A stretch of 64,000 nucleotides of DNA from Acidobacteriota bacterium (GTDB taxonomy: Bacteria > Acidobacteriota > UBA6911 > RPQK01 > JAJDTT01): contig OZ242374.1 in NCBI GenBank assembly GCA_965209055.1, positions 2,464,001 through 2,528,000 on the forward strand. The letters are read 5' to 3'. The position numbers were made by a program, and so were the translations under genes. Positions 31,057-42,231 of this stretch are shown piece by piece. The notes beneath the pieces are model-generated. The model saw only the letters and a program-made list of their open reading frames with translations, had not been told where the DNA came from and did not search any database. Position 1 is the first letter of the stretch, and every line of letters begins with the position of its first letter.

Positions 31057-31545
31057 ATGACTCAAGTCACCACATATTACTTGGAGATGAGACGGTCTTC
31101 CTGGCTCAGGGGCAAGAGGAAGCCTGGAGGATTGCGGGTATCTGAATGTGAAATTAAAGCTTATCAATTGAATCGATTTTTGTATCAATATGTTGGAGGG
31201 GCCTGGGAGTGGACCGATAAGCTCTCCTGGTCTGAAGAACAATGGGAGACCTACGCGGAGAGCGACCACCTTCGAACCTGGATGGCCTACTACAGGGGAT
31301 CCCCGGCTGGTTACTACGAACTACGGCAGGAAGACGGCGATGTGGAAATCGCCTACTTCGGCCTGGCGCCGGGATTCATCGGCCGGGGTTTGGGAGGCTA
31401 CCTCCTGTCGCACGCTATCGAGTCGGCCTGGGCGTGGAAGGGAACGACAAGGGTGTGGGTCCACACCTGCACTCTCGATCATCCGAACGCCTTGCCCAAC
31501 TATAGGGCAAGAGGCATGAAGGTCTTCCGGACGGAGACTTGTTAG
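31057..31545 (+). CDS. GNAT family N-acetyltransferase
   Basis: EIAYFGL.PGFIGRGLG, VWVHTCTLDHPNALPNY. Confidence 0.9.
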   Translation: MTQVTTYYLEMRRSSWLRGKRKPGGLRVSECEIKAYQLNRFLYQYVGGAWEWTDKLSWSEEQWETYAESDHLRTWMAYYRGSPAGYYELRQEDGDVEIAYFGLAPGFIGRGLGGYLLSHAIESAWAWKGTTRVWVHTCTLDHPNALPNYRARGMKVFRTETC

Positions 31546-31615
31546 CGGGCTCCCGGGAGGAAAATCAAGATGGTCCCCGCAAGGTGACGGGGACGATATA
31601 CAAAACCGGCCACGC

Positions 31616-31870
31616 CTAAAATCTTTGCTCGGTTTGTTCCCGAAAATAGGTCTGGGCCTTGTTGATCTCGCTCATGATCTTATCGTCGGGCACGTCTCCC
31701 CGAACGAAGATGAGTACTGACGCCGGATCGGAACCATCAATATCCAAGTGCATCGCCCACAGGTTGAAACCACACTTGCCTGTAGCAGTGCCGTAGCGGC
31801 GCTTGAACAGCAGGTCCTGATTGGCTTTTCCCCGGCGCATCAGAGCGTAGCAGAAAGGATTCTTTTGCAT
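31616..31870 (-). CDS. Hypothetical protein
   Basis: 84-aa ORF with an AT-rich upstream region; no motif recognised. Confidence 0.4.
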   Translation of the reverse strand: MQKNPFCYALMRRGKANQDLLFKRRYGTATGKCGFNLWAMHLDIDGSDPASVLIFVRGDVPDDKIMSEINKAQTYFREQTEQRF

Positions 31871-31967
31871 CTTTCGTCTTCGATTCTCTAGTAATTTATG
31901 TTTTCACCTCGGGCATTCAGGATAATCACATAATCCAACAATTATTTATGTTACCCTCGCCGGCCGG

Positions 31968-33332
31968 TTATCCGGCCCCATAGGCCCCCCAGGGGTTCTT
32001 GTCCAGGACCCTCTCCAGAAACCGCAGCGCATTACCGCCCAATATCTTCCGAATCTCCTCGTCGCTGAAGCCGCGGGCCACAAGGCCGACGGTCCAGTAG
32101 GGCCAGTTGCTCCACTCCATGGGCCGGGCCGAATAGTTGGGAATATAGGTCAGGTCGGTGCCGATGCCGACATGGTCGATGCCGGCCACCTTGACGGCGT
32201 GTTCCAGGTGGCGGGCGAACTGTTCGAACGTCGCTGGACGGGGCGGATCGCTGTTCCAATTGGAACGGTTCGACGGGTCCCCCTGCTCCCAGAGGCGGTG
32301 GTCGATGATGTAGATCCCGATGAGGCCGCCTTTTCCCGCCACCACCCGGAGGTAGTCGTCGTCCACGTTGCGCTGGTCGATGTCCCGGTAGACGGCGGAA
32401 CAGCCGGTGTGACTGTTGATCACCGGCTCTTGGGAGATCTCGGCCGCATCCAGAGCGGTCCGGCGGGCGGCGTGGGAGAGATCGACGGCGACGCCGAGTT
32501 CATTCATCCGGCGCACGACTTGGCGGCCCTCCCGCGAGAGGCCACGGTCGCGGTGCCAGAGCTGGTAGGCGTCCCAGCCCACGGCGTTGGAATGGGTATG
32601 GGTGAGTTGAGCCATGCGCACGCCCAGTCCGTAGAACAGGTCAAGGTGCTCCACCGACTTTCCGGGGACCCAGAGCGCGTGGACGCCCTGGAGCTGGGAG
32701 AGAACGCCCAACTTCCCCTGGCTGCGGGCCCTGCTCAGGTCCTTGGCGCCGGCAATCCGCACCACGTCCGGCAAGCGGGCGTAGGCCAGATTGGAGGTGG
32801 CCATCCAGCGCAGGCACTGATCGAAGGTGTAGTGTCCCGCGTTGTCCTCCACCGCGAGGTCCAACCCCGTGAGCTGGTAGAGAGCTCTCCAGTCCTCCTG
32901 CCAGCCGTTTTCGAAGGCGGACTCCAAGGGTTTGTGGTTCCACCAGGTCTGGCGCACCTGGCGGGAGGCCTCCCTGGGTTCCAGGCCTTCGGCTTCCAGC
33001 TCCCGCCGGTCCCAAGCGAGCTTGTGCTGGAGCCTCGGTCCCGGCTGTCCGATGGCAGCGGCCACGTAGACCGCGCCCATAAGATCGGCGACGTAGGCGT
33101 CATGGTGGAGTTGCAGGCCGTGTTCCAACTGTTTCGGAGTCGGCTTCAACTCGTCCAGGATGGTCGCTCTTCCAGCCATCACGCGTGACCGGATCGGTTC
33201 CCTCAGCGATTTTCCGGTCAGAGCCTCGGGTGTGGGGACGGCTCCGCGCGAGTAGACATATGGCGCCGCGCCGAGGCCGCCGGCGAGAGTTCCCCGCAGG
33301 AGCGAACGCCTGGAGAACGGAAATTGCTTCAT
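31968..33332 (-). CDS. Tat-exported membrane dipeptidase (peptidase M19, amidohydrolase fold)
   Basis: SRRSLL Tat motif; MNELGVAVDLSH, SHT, RNVDD, DHVGIGTD, ILGGN. Confidence 0.85.
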   Translation of the reverse strand: MKQFPFSRRSLLRGTLAGGLGAAPYVYSRGAVPTPEALTGKSLREPIRSRVMAGRATILDELKPTPKQLEHGLQLHHDAYVADLMGAVYVAAAIGQPGPRLQHKLAWDRRELEAEGLEPREASRQVRQTWWNHKPLESAFENGWQEDWRALYQLTGLDLAVEDNAGHYTFDQCLRWMATSNLAYARLPDVVRIAGAKDLSRARSQGKLGVLSQLQGVHALWVPGKSVEHLDLFYGLGVRMAQLTHTHSNAVGWDAYQLWHRDRGLSREGRQVVRRMNELGVAVDLSHAARRTALDAAEISQEPVINSHTGCSAVYRDIDQRNVDDDYLRVVAGKGGLIGIYIIDHRLWEQGDPSNRSNWNSDPPRPATFEQFARHLEHAVKVAGIDHVGIGTDLTYIPNYSARPMEWSNWPYWTVGLVARGFSDEEIRKILGGNALRFLERVLDKNPWGAYGAG

Positions 33333-33372
33333 GGCCCGTTTCCTCGGTGGGACGTTACCTCTCGGTGGGACG

Positions 33373-35268
33373 TCATCTCTCAAATCGGCGAAGCCATCCC
33401 GATTCGGGATTGGATTCCATCGACCCCCAGCTGGACCGCCACCAGATGTCCGTCCGCGCCCCGGTGGGAGTGTCCACGTCGCGAACCATCAGGTTCGTCC
33501 GCAAAGTCCGCCAGGTGCCCCCGGCGATCCCGTCCAAAGAGGCGTGGGGGATAGCCACCTCCAGCGTATATCCGGCCGGGTTGGGAGCGCTCCAGGCCCG
33601 CAGGCCGTCGATGGGGTCCCGTCCCCGAAAGACGATGGCAGCTCCCGGCTGGGAATCCGGGGCGAGACGAACCGTTCGGTCGGTCCCCTTCGTCCCGGCC
33701 TCATCGGACTGGTCCGTGCCTCCACCCGCTTCGGCTGGCCGGGGATCCAGGTACAGGACCACGCTGTCTCGGAGTGAGGATCGCCTGCCGGCCAGATGAA
33801 TCCGCCGGTCATCCCGCACCTCCACCCCCAGGTACAGGTAGGCCGAGTCTTGAACCAGGCCGAACCGGACTCCGAGGTCGTCAGGACCGGTCCAGTTGGC
33901 GGGGGTTCCGGTCAACTGCCGGGGGCGGGCCATGGACACGGCCAGGGACGGCCAATCGTCGAGTCGTCCGTCCAGCGTCGGCGGACCGTCGTCCAAGTTC
34001 GCGATTAACGGCCGGTGGTCCGGCGCGGCGTAGATGGTTCGCGTCCAGGAGACGGGCCGGGGGAGCTGTTCCGGCCGGTACGTGGTCCGGACTTCTGCCG
34101 CCAAGGCGTCCTCGGCAGTGGGTTGCCAGGAGTCGGCCCAGTTCAATGCGACCTCCAACCTCTCGGTGGAGTCGGGCGCCAGCGTCTTGACGACAGCATA
34201 GGGAGACGGCGTTAGACGCGGATGGGCTTCCCAACGAACGCGGACTTCGAGCGGTATGCCGGCGCGGTTTTCCATCGTAAGCGAGGTTCGTCCCCGCCCC
34301 GGGGAATCGGTTGTGATGGGTGCGAGTTGAACCGCATGTTCGCCTTGGAGCCGATTCGTGAGGCGCTCCATAGCCTCGGTCCGCACGTCCTCTCCCAGAA
34401 TCCCATCCAGCTTCAGGTTGGCCATCACCGGGCCGGCGTCGGTCATGGTGACCCAACTGACGTGGTCGAACCGGCCGTGAGCTAGTCCGGAAAGCGGACT
34501 CCCTCCGCCGGTGGTGGCCAGTTGGTAGTACTTGTACTGGGCGCGCTCGTAGCGGACATAGCGGTGCCGATGGCCGGCGAAGACCGTGTGGGGCCGGCCG
34601 GCCAGGGCCTTTTCCACCGCTTCCCACCCCGAATCCACCTGGTAGTCCCAAAGGGGCTTGTGGAGGAAGACCAGGGTCCAGCGGACCTGGGTATTGGCTT
34701 CCAAAGTCTGCCGCACGAACGCGATCTGTTCGGGGCCGATCCGGCTGGGAGCCCCGTCTTCGGTATTCAGGCAGAGGAAGAGGACCCCCTTGTAGAGGAA
34801 GTGGTAGTAGGTGGGTCCGAACCGCTTCGTCCACTCCCGCCAGGCCGTGTCGTCCCAGATGTCGTGGTTGCCGGGCACGTAGAAGAACCGCATCCGGAGG
34901 ATGTCGACGGCGTCCCGGAAATCGGACCACTCCCGCTCGACCTGATCCAGGTCGTCCGTCGCCCCCTCGATGAGGTCTCCCACGCTGACGACGAACTCCG
35001 GCCGCAGATGGTTGATCTTGCCCATCGCGCTGCGAAAGATGCCCTCGCGGTGTCCGCCGGTGCGGTCGGAGACGATGATGAATTGGAAGTCCTCGGGCCT
35101 GTTCAGCAAACCCTTGGCGGTCCACGGCGTGGGTCCCTCGATCTCGGGGAAACGGGTCGGGTGCTTCCCCGAGTCCCGGCTCGGCGGGGTCCATGCGGCA
35201 ACCAGTCCCAGTCCCGAGAGCACGCCCAGGATGAACAAACGGCGGATGGTGGTGTTTCCTGTCTTCAT
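33373..35268 (-). CDS. Secreted metallophosphoesterase with C-terminal CBM9/DOMON-like domain
   Basis: GD, PGNHD, HKP, FAGHRH; C-terminal PTLDGRLDDW...YLYLGVEVRDD...YTLEVAIP. Confidence 0.85.
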   Translation of the reverse strand: MKTGNTTIRRLFILGVLSGLGLVAAWTPPSRDSGKHPTRFPEIEGPTPWTAKGLLNRPEDFQFIIVSDRTGGHREGIFRSAMGKINHLRPEFVVSVGDLIEGATDDLDQVEREWSDFRDAVDILRMRFFYVPGNHDIWDDTAWREWTKRFGPTYYHFLYKGVLFLCLNTEDGAPSRIGPEQIAFVRQTLEANTQVRWTLVFLHKPLWDYQVDSGWEAVEKALAGRPHTVFAGHRHRYVRYERAQYKYYQLATTGGGSPLSGLAHGRFDHVSWVTMTDAGPVMANLKLDGILGEDVRTEAMERLTNRLQGEHAVQLAPITTDSPGRGRTSLTMENRAGIPLEVRVRWEAHPRLTPSPYAVVKTLAPDSTERLEVALNWADSWQPTAEDALAAEVRTTYRPEQLPRPVSWTRTIYAAPDHRPLIANLDDGPPTLDGRLDDWPSLAVSMARPRQLTGTPANWTGPDDLGVRFGLVQDSAYLYLGVEVRDDRRIHLAGRRSSLRDSVVLYLDPRPAEAGGGTDQSDEAGTKGTDRTVRLAPDSQPGAAIVFRGRDPIDGLRAWSAPNPAGYTLEVAIPHASLDGIAGGTWRTLRTNLMVRDVDTPTGARTDIWWRSSWGSMESNPESGWLRRFER

Positions 35269-35478
35269 GGGCTCAATTCTATGCGCCTTCCTGGGACTTC
35301 GTCACGAACGAAATGTGAGAAATAGACGAATTTCGGGAATTCGGCGATTGGAATGCCGCCGCTCCGGGTTCTTTCGATGGCAACACGGCGCCGGAAAGGA
35401 AAATGGTGGGCCTAAGTACTACCGAAAAACAATCTTAAGTAATTGATTTCAAAGAAAAAATGGAATCTATCTTTGTTA

Positions 35479-35502
35479 CGTTGCCCCCATCGTTGCCCCC
35501 AT
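35479..35502. repeat. Tandem CGTTGCCCCCAT x2, probable integrase arm-type sites
   Basis: Matches TGCCCCCA repeats at 62261-62290 inside the other island end. Confidence 0.65.
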
Positions 35503-35784
35503 ACGATCAATTGTCACTGCCGATCGCGACCTGTTAGGTCGCCCGTTGGGCCAAATCATCTCCGCCTGCGCCAGCACGGTCCGCGTCACTTTTCCTGTCT
35601 ATCCGGTGGTTAGCCATGTTACCGCACAATGTGCGTAATGGGCACGCACAAATGCGCTGGCGAGTTTTCTCGCAGCATCCGGTCGATGGTGACGGTGTTG
35701 CGATTGGAAATCCGTTACTCTGTCCAGATGAGCTACTGGCGTGATCCTTTAGTTTCAACAGGTTATCCTGATACACGCCTCTAA

Positions 35785-36640
35785 TCATCGCCCCTTGTTT
35801 CCTACCTGTTGCCTGCCTGTAGCCTGTTGCGTATGTGAGTCTTCGTTAGCCTGTGCCTCCCGAATGCTGGCAAGCGCGTGCGAACTGACGTACCCCGCAT
35901 AGCGCATCGTCGTGCTGATCGTCGATTGGCCCATCAGCTTCTGCACCCTCCTCACGTCCACCCTCTGTATCAGCCAATGGCTGCACCGGAATCACCTCAG
36001 ATCGTGAAATCCGACCTTCAATCCCACCCGGTCGGCGGCTCGCCGTAGCGGCTTGTCGGGATTCACTAATCTCATGCGTGTCCGGGTGTTGACGAAGACG
36101 GATGGGGTGTTCAGGTGCCGGGGGAGCCCCGACAGGCATCCGGTAGCGTACTGCGAGAGCGGAATCTCTCTCGGCTCGCCGTCCTCGGTGAATTCCACCC
36201 AGAGTAATTTGCGAACCAAATCCGCCCGTGCCAGGTGAGCGACAACGCTTCGCCGTTTGGAATCCCAGTCTCGACAATCACTGCTACCATGGCTTGCAGG
36301 TAGCGATTGTCGACCGCGTCGACCAAGTCGCGGAACTGTTGAACCGTTAAAGGCCGGAAGATCTTTTTGGCCTCCTTCAGTTTGGGGAACCAAACCAGCG
36401 GGTGCGTGTCCACTGCCCCGCACTCCAGCGCGTGGAAAAACAGCTTGCTGATGGCGGTGGTGCCGCGGTTCACCGTGGCCGGTTGGGCTTGTTTATTCCT
36501 CAGTGCGACGTGGTGGTGCAAAACTTTGCGTAGGAACTCCTTCAGGGGAGTGTTCCCCAGCATGGTGTAGAGGCTCTTGAACGATAGCGCATAGCCCCGT
36601 CAGGAGCGCATGCGAGGTTTGCAGTGTTCCCTTAACCTCT
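35785..36640 (-). pseudogene. Degraded tyrosine recombinase
   Basis: ATVNR, ETG...GEAL.LTW, FHDLR followed by TGA, then QKLMGQSTISTTMRYA; split across frames. Confidence 0.8.
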
Positions 36641-36767
36641 CCGGCGAACCATGCTTTGCGGTCCAGACGGACTTAGTGGGTTCACGAAATCGCGGTTTGC
36701 GGATCATATAAGACAAAGGGGCTGGCAAGCGCAGTTCGGATCTACGTAATGCCAGCGGTCAAACGAC

Positions 36768-37274
36768 ATGATTCCATTCGCAAAGAGACCGGCCGATATC
36801 AGCGCCAAAGCCATCGACGATTACGGGTGCTTGGTCCTCAAGGTCGCCTATAGTTATGTCCCGAACCCGAACCCGGACCAGGCCCAAGAGATCCTCCAGG
36901 AGACCTTCCTCCGCTTCCACACCGCTTGCACTCGCGGAAAGGTAATCGCCTATTCCACGGCATGGCTCTGTCGAGTGGCGACCAACGTCGCCTTCAAGGC
37001 GCGTCGCCGGCAGCGAGCGATGCTTGCCATAGAAGAGGACACTGCGGTGGAAGCCAACGCCAGCAGAGACGTGGAGCGTCACTTGCTCATGGACCGGGTG
37101 CGCGACTTGGCAGCCGATTTGCCCGAGCGCCAGCGAACCGTCTTTGCCCTGCGCAACTTTGAGGGATGGACCTTCGCCGAAATTGCTGCGCAACTGGAGG
37201 GCAGCGAGAGTGCGGCAAGGTCCAGCGAGTACAAAGCACGGAGGAAGATCCGAGCTTGGATGAGAACCGTCTGA
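36768..37274 (+). CDS. ECF RNA polymerase sigma factor
   Basis: AQEILQETFL, AWLCRVATN (region 2); LPERQRTVFALR..EG..FAEIA (region 4). Confidence 0.85.
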   Translation: MIPFAKRPADISAKAIDDYGCLVLKVAYSYVPNPNPDQAQEILQETFLRFHTACTRGKVIAYSTAWLCRVATNVAFKARRRQRAMLAIEEDTAVEANASRDVERHLLMDRVRDLAADLPERQRTVFALRNFEGWTFAEIAAQLEGSESAARSSEYKARRKIRAWMRTV

Positions 37275-37287
37275 GAGGACCAGAACA

Positions 37288-37720
37288 ATGGACAGAATTG
37301 GTTTTGAGAGGAGATTGGGCGATTACGTGCGGGGCGAGGTGCCGGATGCGGTCGCGCGGGAAATCGATGACTACCTGGCCGCTCACCCGGAGGCGGTTGA
37401 CGATGTCGAGGCTGTACGCACCATACTGGAACTGAGTATTGACATCGGCGCCACGGAGCCACCCGCCCAGCTCCTGGCAGCCGCACGCGCCAGCACGCTA
37501 AAGGCGATTCGCTCGGAGAGCGAGCCACAGTAGCGGCCGAGATCTTGCCCTATGGCTGCCACGGGCAGCCTGGAATAAGGCGATTGCAATCGTTCTGGCT
37601 CCCGTATTCCTAGATGTCTTCTGGCGCGGAGCCTCCACTCCAGCTTGGGCACGCGTAGTCGAAGAAGTGCGCAAGCTCTCTCCGGTGCACACGGTGGACT
37701 GCTTCCGTGGGAAAAAGTGA
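37288..37720 (+). pseudogene. Anti-sigma factor, truncated
   Basis: N-terminal anti-sigma-like helix (LGDYVRGEV...IDDYL); TAG at 37531-37533; a hydrophobic segment and AWARVVEEVRKL continue in another frame. Confidence 0.55.
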
Positions 37721-38309
37721 GAGTGGGTGCCGGTGAAGCACTAGATTAAGGCTCGGCATTTTTGCCGCGCCGGAATCTCTTCAATACGCCATCTGCGGAG
37801 AAGGTGTCGGCAATGCCGTTGATGTCGGCCGTTCAGGCATTCACCCCGGCCTGATTCGAGCAGCGTCAGGATTGGCTGGCTCACTACCCGCTAGGCGGGA
37901 CCTGTTTCTCATCTACCGGCATCGGATCCTGGGCTTGTTCAGAGCTAGAAGATTGAATCTAGCAAGAGGTTGACGCGGGCCATGTAGCCTTACGAGGGGA
38001 GGGACGGCCGTCGAGAAAGCGGACCGGGCTCGGGAGGCCCTCAGGGGCGCCGTAGGCAGCAGCCCCACAGTCGGATCTGCTCCGCCTCCTGAGGACGAGA
38101 AGTAGGCGTCCCGTCACGAGGAGGAACCTGTGTACCTGAGCCCGGCGGCCCTCGAATATTCCTTGAGATGCAACCACCAATAGCGCCGTGACGACCGGCA
38201 GCAGAAGAATCCACTTCACGGAATAGGGTTTCCTCAGCCTTCAGTTGTGAGAGGCAGAGTCCCGTTGAGGGTTCAGTGTCCCCTCACCATGGCTTGGCCG
38301 GTGGTCGCG

Positions 38310-38513
38310 GTCTCGGTATTGCTGTTTCAACAGTCCCAGATTCAGCCGTCCGGTCTCGCGGTCCAGATTGGACACCGGTTCGTCCGTGAGGATCAGACTC
38401 GGTTCCATGATGAACGCCCGGGCAATGGAAATCCGTTACCGTTGACCGCCCGAGAGCTGCGTGGCCCTCCGGTAGAGATGCTCTTCCGCCAGTTCAACCT
38501 GATCCTGAATCAT
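38310..38513 (-). pseudogene. ABC ATPase fragment
   Basis: [32 protein letters not shown]: signature and Walker B with an in-frame stop at 38436-38438. Confidence 0.7.
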
Positions 38514-38672
38514 GCCGGCCCGGCGGCGGTGGTGGGTCGGGAACCCGCCCAGCAGGCCGCGCTAGCGCAAGTTGGAAAACTGGGACAGGGTTCCGCAAAG
38601 AACGTTCCCCAAGACAGTTTCCCGTCAGACGCTGACACTGAACCAGATTCCCGTTGTTTCTACTCCCCTAGG

Positions 38673-38811
38673 GTGTCCGATATCGGACACTGAATCCCAA
38701 AACCGGACATCCGAAGTGTCCATCGCCGCAACTAAGATTCTCTTGGGATTCTCTAAGGTATTGCAATATAAAGAGATATACGAATGTCTCAGGATTGGCA
38801 CACTGATTGCT
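38673..38811 (+). promoter_or_regulatory. Sigma54 promoter with upstream activator palindrome
   Basis: TTGGCACACTGATTGCT (-24/-12) at 38795-38811; perfect palindrome GTGTCCGATATCGGACAC at 38673-38690. Confidence 0.85.
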
Positions 38812-38850
38812 TGGATGTTTCACATGAGGAACAACCAAGAAGGGGGTGTG

Positions 38851-40188
38851 ATGATGTCCAAGATCCTGATGGCCGCATTTTCCGTCCTCATCGTTAGTAG
38901 CGCTTGCTACGACAAACAGCAGATTTCGTGGAGCCGGAGTGGCGAGTTCGAGTGGCGGCATGGACCGCGTACCGTCTTTGTGAAGCATCTTGGTGAAATC
39001 GGGTTCGCAGACAATGACGAAGACGTGCTGCGAGTTTCCACTGGGGGGTACCTGTTCATCCAGGAATCGGCACTTTTGGACTCAAGGAGTATGGAATTCA
39101 CTCGCCAGCCGGACGGCTCGGTCGGTCGTCGGTTCGTCGTCAATGGCGAGGAGACAGCCGTGGACCGGGATGCAAGGGAGTGGCTGGCGCGAATGCTTCC
39201 GGAGATTTTGAGGCGGACCGGCATCAACGCCAGCGAAAGAGCGACGCGAATTCTTGATCGCCAAGGATTTGAGGCCCTATTTGCAGAAGTGCGCCTGATG
39301 CCCAGAGATACCGACCGGGTCCGTTATCTTCAGGAAGCGATCGAGTCAGGGGGCCTAACCGAGGACCAAAAGCTACGGATTGTCCACGATGTGGCGACTA
39401 CGTTTTTTATGCCCGACTCCAAGAAGTCGGCAGTGCTTTCAGACTGGGCTCACAAATACAGCGAAGTCGAGCTTCTGGCCGGTCTCTTGAAAGCAGGAGA
39501 AACCATTGGTGCCGACAGCATCAAAGCACGCTTTGTACTCAGTCTCATCGAGCTGCATTGCGGTTCGGCAGAAAAGATGGGAATGATCCTCAATTCGGTG
39601 AAGGGAATTGGATCGGACTCACACAAGGAGAAGGTGCTTGGTGTGGCCACGGACTGTCTATCCCAAGACGATCACTTTCGAGAAGCATTCTTCGATTCTC
39701 TGAACAGTATCCTTTCGGACAGTCATAAGTCGAGTGTGCTGCGCAGGGTCGTCGAAAAATCTGCCGTTACTCCGGTCTCATCGAGTGTTGCCCGGAGCGC
39801 CGAGTTGGGCAAACAACTCGGCGCTAATGAGACTGTGGCGTCGGCACGAGTCAATGGAACCCATGACGTTTACATCGAAGATCCGGGGGTCAGTAAAGAA
39901 TTCTATGGGGCAGTGGACCGAATTGGCTCGAACAGTATTCGGGCGAGTGTTCTCTTGGCAGTTGTACGCCAGTCCGCTTTAGGAAAGACGACCCTCTTGC
40001 GAGTCATCGAATCTGCCGAGTGCCTTCTGAACGATTCCATCAAGGCGGATGTGCTGACGCAGATCGCTCACGTCGCCAGCGACGACGCTGAGGTTTCGAT
40101 GCGAATTCGACAGGCCGCCGAAACGATTGGGTCCAGTCATCTCTTCCGCACGGTTTTGTCGCAACTCGAAGCGAACTCGTCGAGGTAA
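38851..40188 (+). CDS. Exported (possible lipoprotein) helical-repeat protein
   Basis: Signal ending SSAC; about 8 repeats of IxSDSxKxxVL. Confidence 0.7.
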   Translation: MMSKILMAAFSVLIVSSACYDKQQISWSRSGEFEWRHGPRTVFVKHLGEIGFADNDEDVLRVSTGGYLFIQESALLDSRSMEFTRQPDGSVGRRFVVNGEETAVDRDAREWLARMLPEILRRTGINASERATRILDRQGFEALFAEVRLMPRDTDRVRYLQEAIESGGLTEDQKLRIVHDVATTFFMPDSKKSAVLSDWAHKYSEVELLAGLLKAGETIGADSIKARFVLSLIELHCGSAEKMGMILNSVKGIGSDSHKEKVLGVATDCLSQDDHFREAFFDSLNSILSDSHKSSVLRRVVEKSAVTPVSSSVARSAELGKQLGANETVASARVNGTHDVYIEDPGVSKEFYGAVDRIGSNSIRASVLLAVVRQSALGKTTLLRVIESAECLLNDSIKADVLTQIAHVASDDAEVSMRIRQAAETIGSSHLFRTVLSQLEANSSR

Positions 40189-41042
40189 AAAAATGGAATG
40201 GAAGGGATTCGACGTCATTAAGCTGAACTGTTGGAAATTCGGATCAGTAGTCGGTGGCACATCATGAGAAATTTTCTTGAGAGTTCTCCCTTGAGCATAG
40301 GCGCCTTGGCTTTTCTGATTGGTCTTCTTCTTTTCCAAAGAGCCGAAGAGTTTGATCAACATCATAGTCATCATTCCTCTAATTCTCCCCTGACGGACCT
40401 GTTAGAACTGGAGACCCCGTTCGCAGAGACTATGCTCAAAACTCAGGATGGAGCTGGGTTGGAGTTGTTAGATCGTTGGACGTTTCTAATATACTCAGGT
40501 GCTCTGGACGAGCGTGGTTTCGACTATCCTGCCGTTTTGCTGAACCGGTACCATAAACGTGGGCTTAATTTTGTGTACGTTATGCCCTCAGCTAGTAACC
40601 CTGCCTGGCTACGATCCGTTTCAAGTTCTCTTAATGGCAGAGCACAAGGCTTTTCTATCGCTTTAGACGAGAGGGGAACGTTTGCAGAGTTGTTAGGTGT
40701 TCCGCGCGGCAGTCATGAGACATATACGGTTTTCGTAGGACCCGACACCCGAGTCAGGTTTGCTGTCCGGAAGAGTCTCCCATCAGATGTCATGCGCCAA
40801 CTCGTAGAACGCAATATTTTGGGGACGATAGACTACAGTCCTCCTTCTCCTCCTCCGGGCTATGTTGTTGGTTCACCGGTCCCCGAAATCGCTGTGCGCA
40901 ATGCCAGGACAGGGAGATCCATTCCTTTATCTACGCTTCTACAAGGACAAGGAACAGTATTGTTCTACCGTGCCAATTGCACGTCGTGCGGGATCGAATC
41001 TGAGATTCACAGACTCGCTACACTGGAAAGAACGGGAATTAA

Positions 41043-42231
41043 GGAAGGTCTGAACAAGTCGATTCAAGGGACGTGAGAGCCGTTATTGTTTCGGCTTTGC
41101 GGTGTCCAAACCTTCATTATGAGGAGTACCACCCTGGCAAGGCTCTGGGTGCCCCCATTCTCAGACTGATTCCCCGAATCTCGACGCACCTCTCCCGCGC
41201 CCGGATCAGGCGTTCACGCCAGAGCGCTCGGCGATCATCAGATTGGCGAACCCCACCAGCAAATAGATCCGTTGGGTGTTTTTCGCCAGCCCCCGGTAGC
41301 GCACCTTCGCGTAGCCGAAATGCCGTTTCAGGTACCCGAATACATGTTCTGCCTTGGCCCGAACCGACGCTTTGCGCCGCTCGGCCAACGCCGCCTCACT
41401 CTCCGGTGGCAGCCGCCAACGCTTCCCCGGCTTCATCATCACCTGCCAATCCACCGGCCGATCTCGATTCTCCGACCGCTTTCCCACTCCCTGGTATCCC
41501 GAATCCCCCCAAACTTGAGACTCCGAGCCGTGCAGCAACTCACCGGCTCGCGTCACGTCATGCTCGTTAGCCGGCGCCGTCACCACCGTGTGCGCCACCC
41601 CCGTCTGGGCGTCCACCCCCAGGTGGGCCTTCATTCCGAAATACCACTGTTTTCCCTTCTTCGTCTGATGCATCTCCGGGTCCCGCGCCCCCTCCCTGTT
41701 CTTGGTCGAGGAAGGCGCCGCCAGGATACTCGCGTCCACGATCGTCCCCCGGCTCAGCCGCAGGCCTTGCCGCTGCAGGTGAGAACCGATCTCCTCGAAC
41801 AGCGCCTCCCCCAGACCATGCTCCTCCAGCCGATGACGGAATTTCAGAATCGTCGTCTCGTCCGGCAGCGGCCCCGTGAGCTTCAGGCCCACGAACCGCC
41901 GCACCGACTCCACCTCATAGAGCAGATCCTCCATCCCCGGATCGCTCAGGTTGTAAAACAGCTGCACGCAGTGGATCCGAAGCATCGTCGAGAGCGGGTA
42001 GGGACGCCGTCCCCGTCCCGCTTTCGGGTAAACGGGCCGAATCCGGGCTTCCAACTGCTCCCATGGAATCAACCGGTCCATCCGGGCCAGAAATCTCTCC
42101 CGACGGGTCACCCGCTTCTTGCCGTCGTATTCCAGATCTGCGAACGTTCGTTGCGACATCATCTATCCTCCATGCAGTGATGATGGAAGAATTATCGTGC
42201 AGAACGCTGACTCGACTTAATCAGACCTTCC
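41043..42231 (-). mobile_element. IS5 family insertion sequence (1189 bp)
   Basis: IRs GGAAGGTCTGAACAAGTCGA / GGAAGGTCTGATTAAGTCGA (18/20); TTAA target duplication at 41039-41042 and 42232-42235. Confidence 0.95.
41206..42162 (-). CDS. IS5 family transposase
   Basis: PDETTILKFRH, IVDASI, YFGMKAH, GDSGYQG, RAKAEHVF, RYRGLAKN. Confidence 0.95.
   Translation of the reverse strand: MMSQRTFADLEYDGKKRVTRRERFLARMDRLIPWEQLEARIRPVYPKAGRGRRPYPLSTMLRIHCVQLFYNLSDPGMEDLLYEVESVRRFVGLKLTGPLPDETTILKFRHRLEEHGLGEALFEEIGSHLQRQGLRLSRGTIVDASILAAPSSTKNREGARDPEMHQTKKGKQWYFGMKAHLGVDAQTGVAHTVVTAPANEHDVTRAGELLHGSESQVWGDSGYQGVGKRSENRDRPVDWQVMMKPGKRWRLPPESEAALAERRKASVRAKAEHVFGYLKRHFGYAKVRYRGLAKNTQRIYLLVGFANLMIAERSGVNA

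Noticed and set aside
33343-33373. Short direct repeat CTCGGTGGGACGT x2 between two genes
   Set aside because: Only two copies in a short intergenic gap; no evidence of function
37959-38219. 86-aa hydrophobic ORF
   Set aside because: Lies in a decayed region beside the ABC fragment with no recognisable motif; probably a remnant
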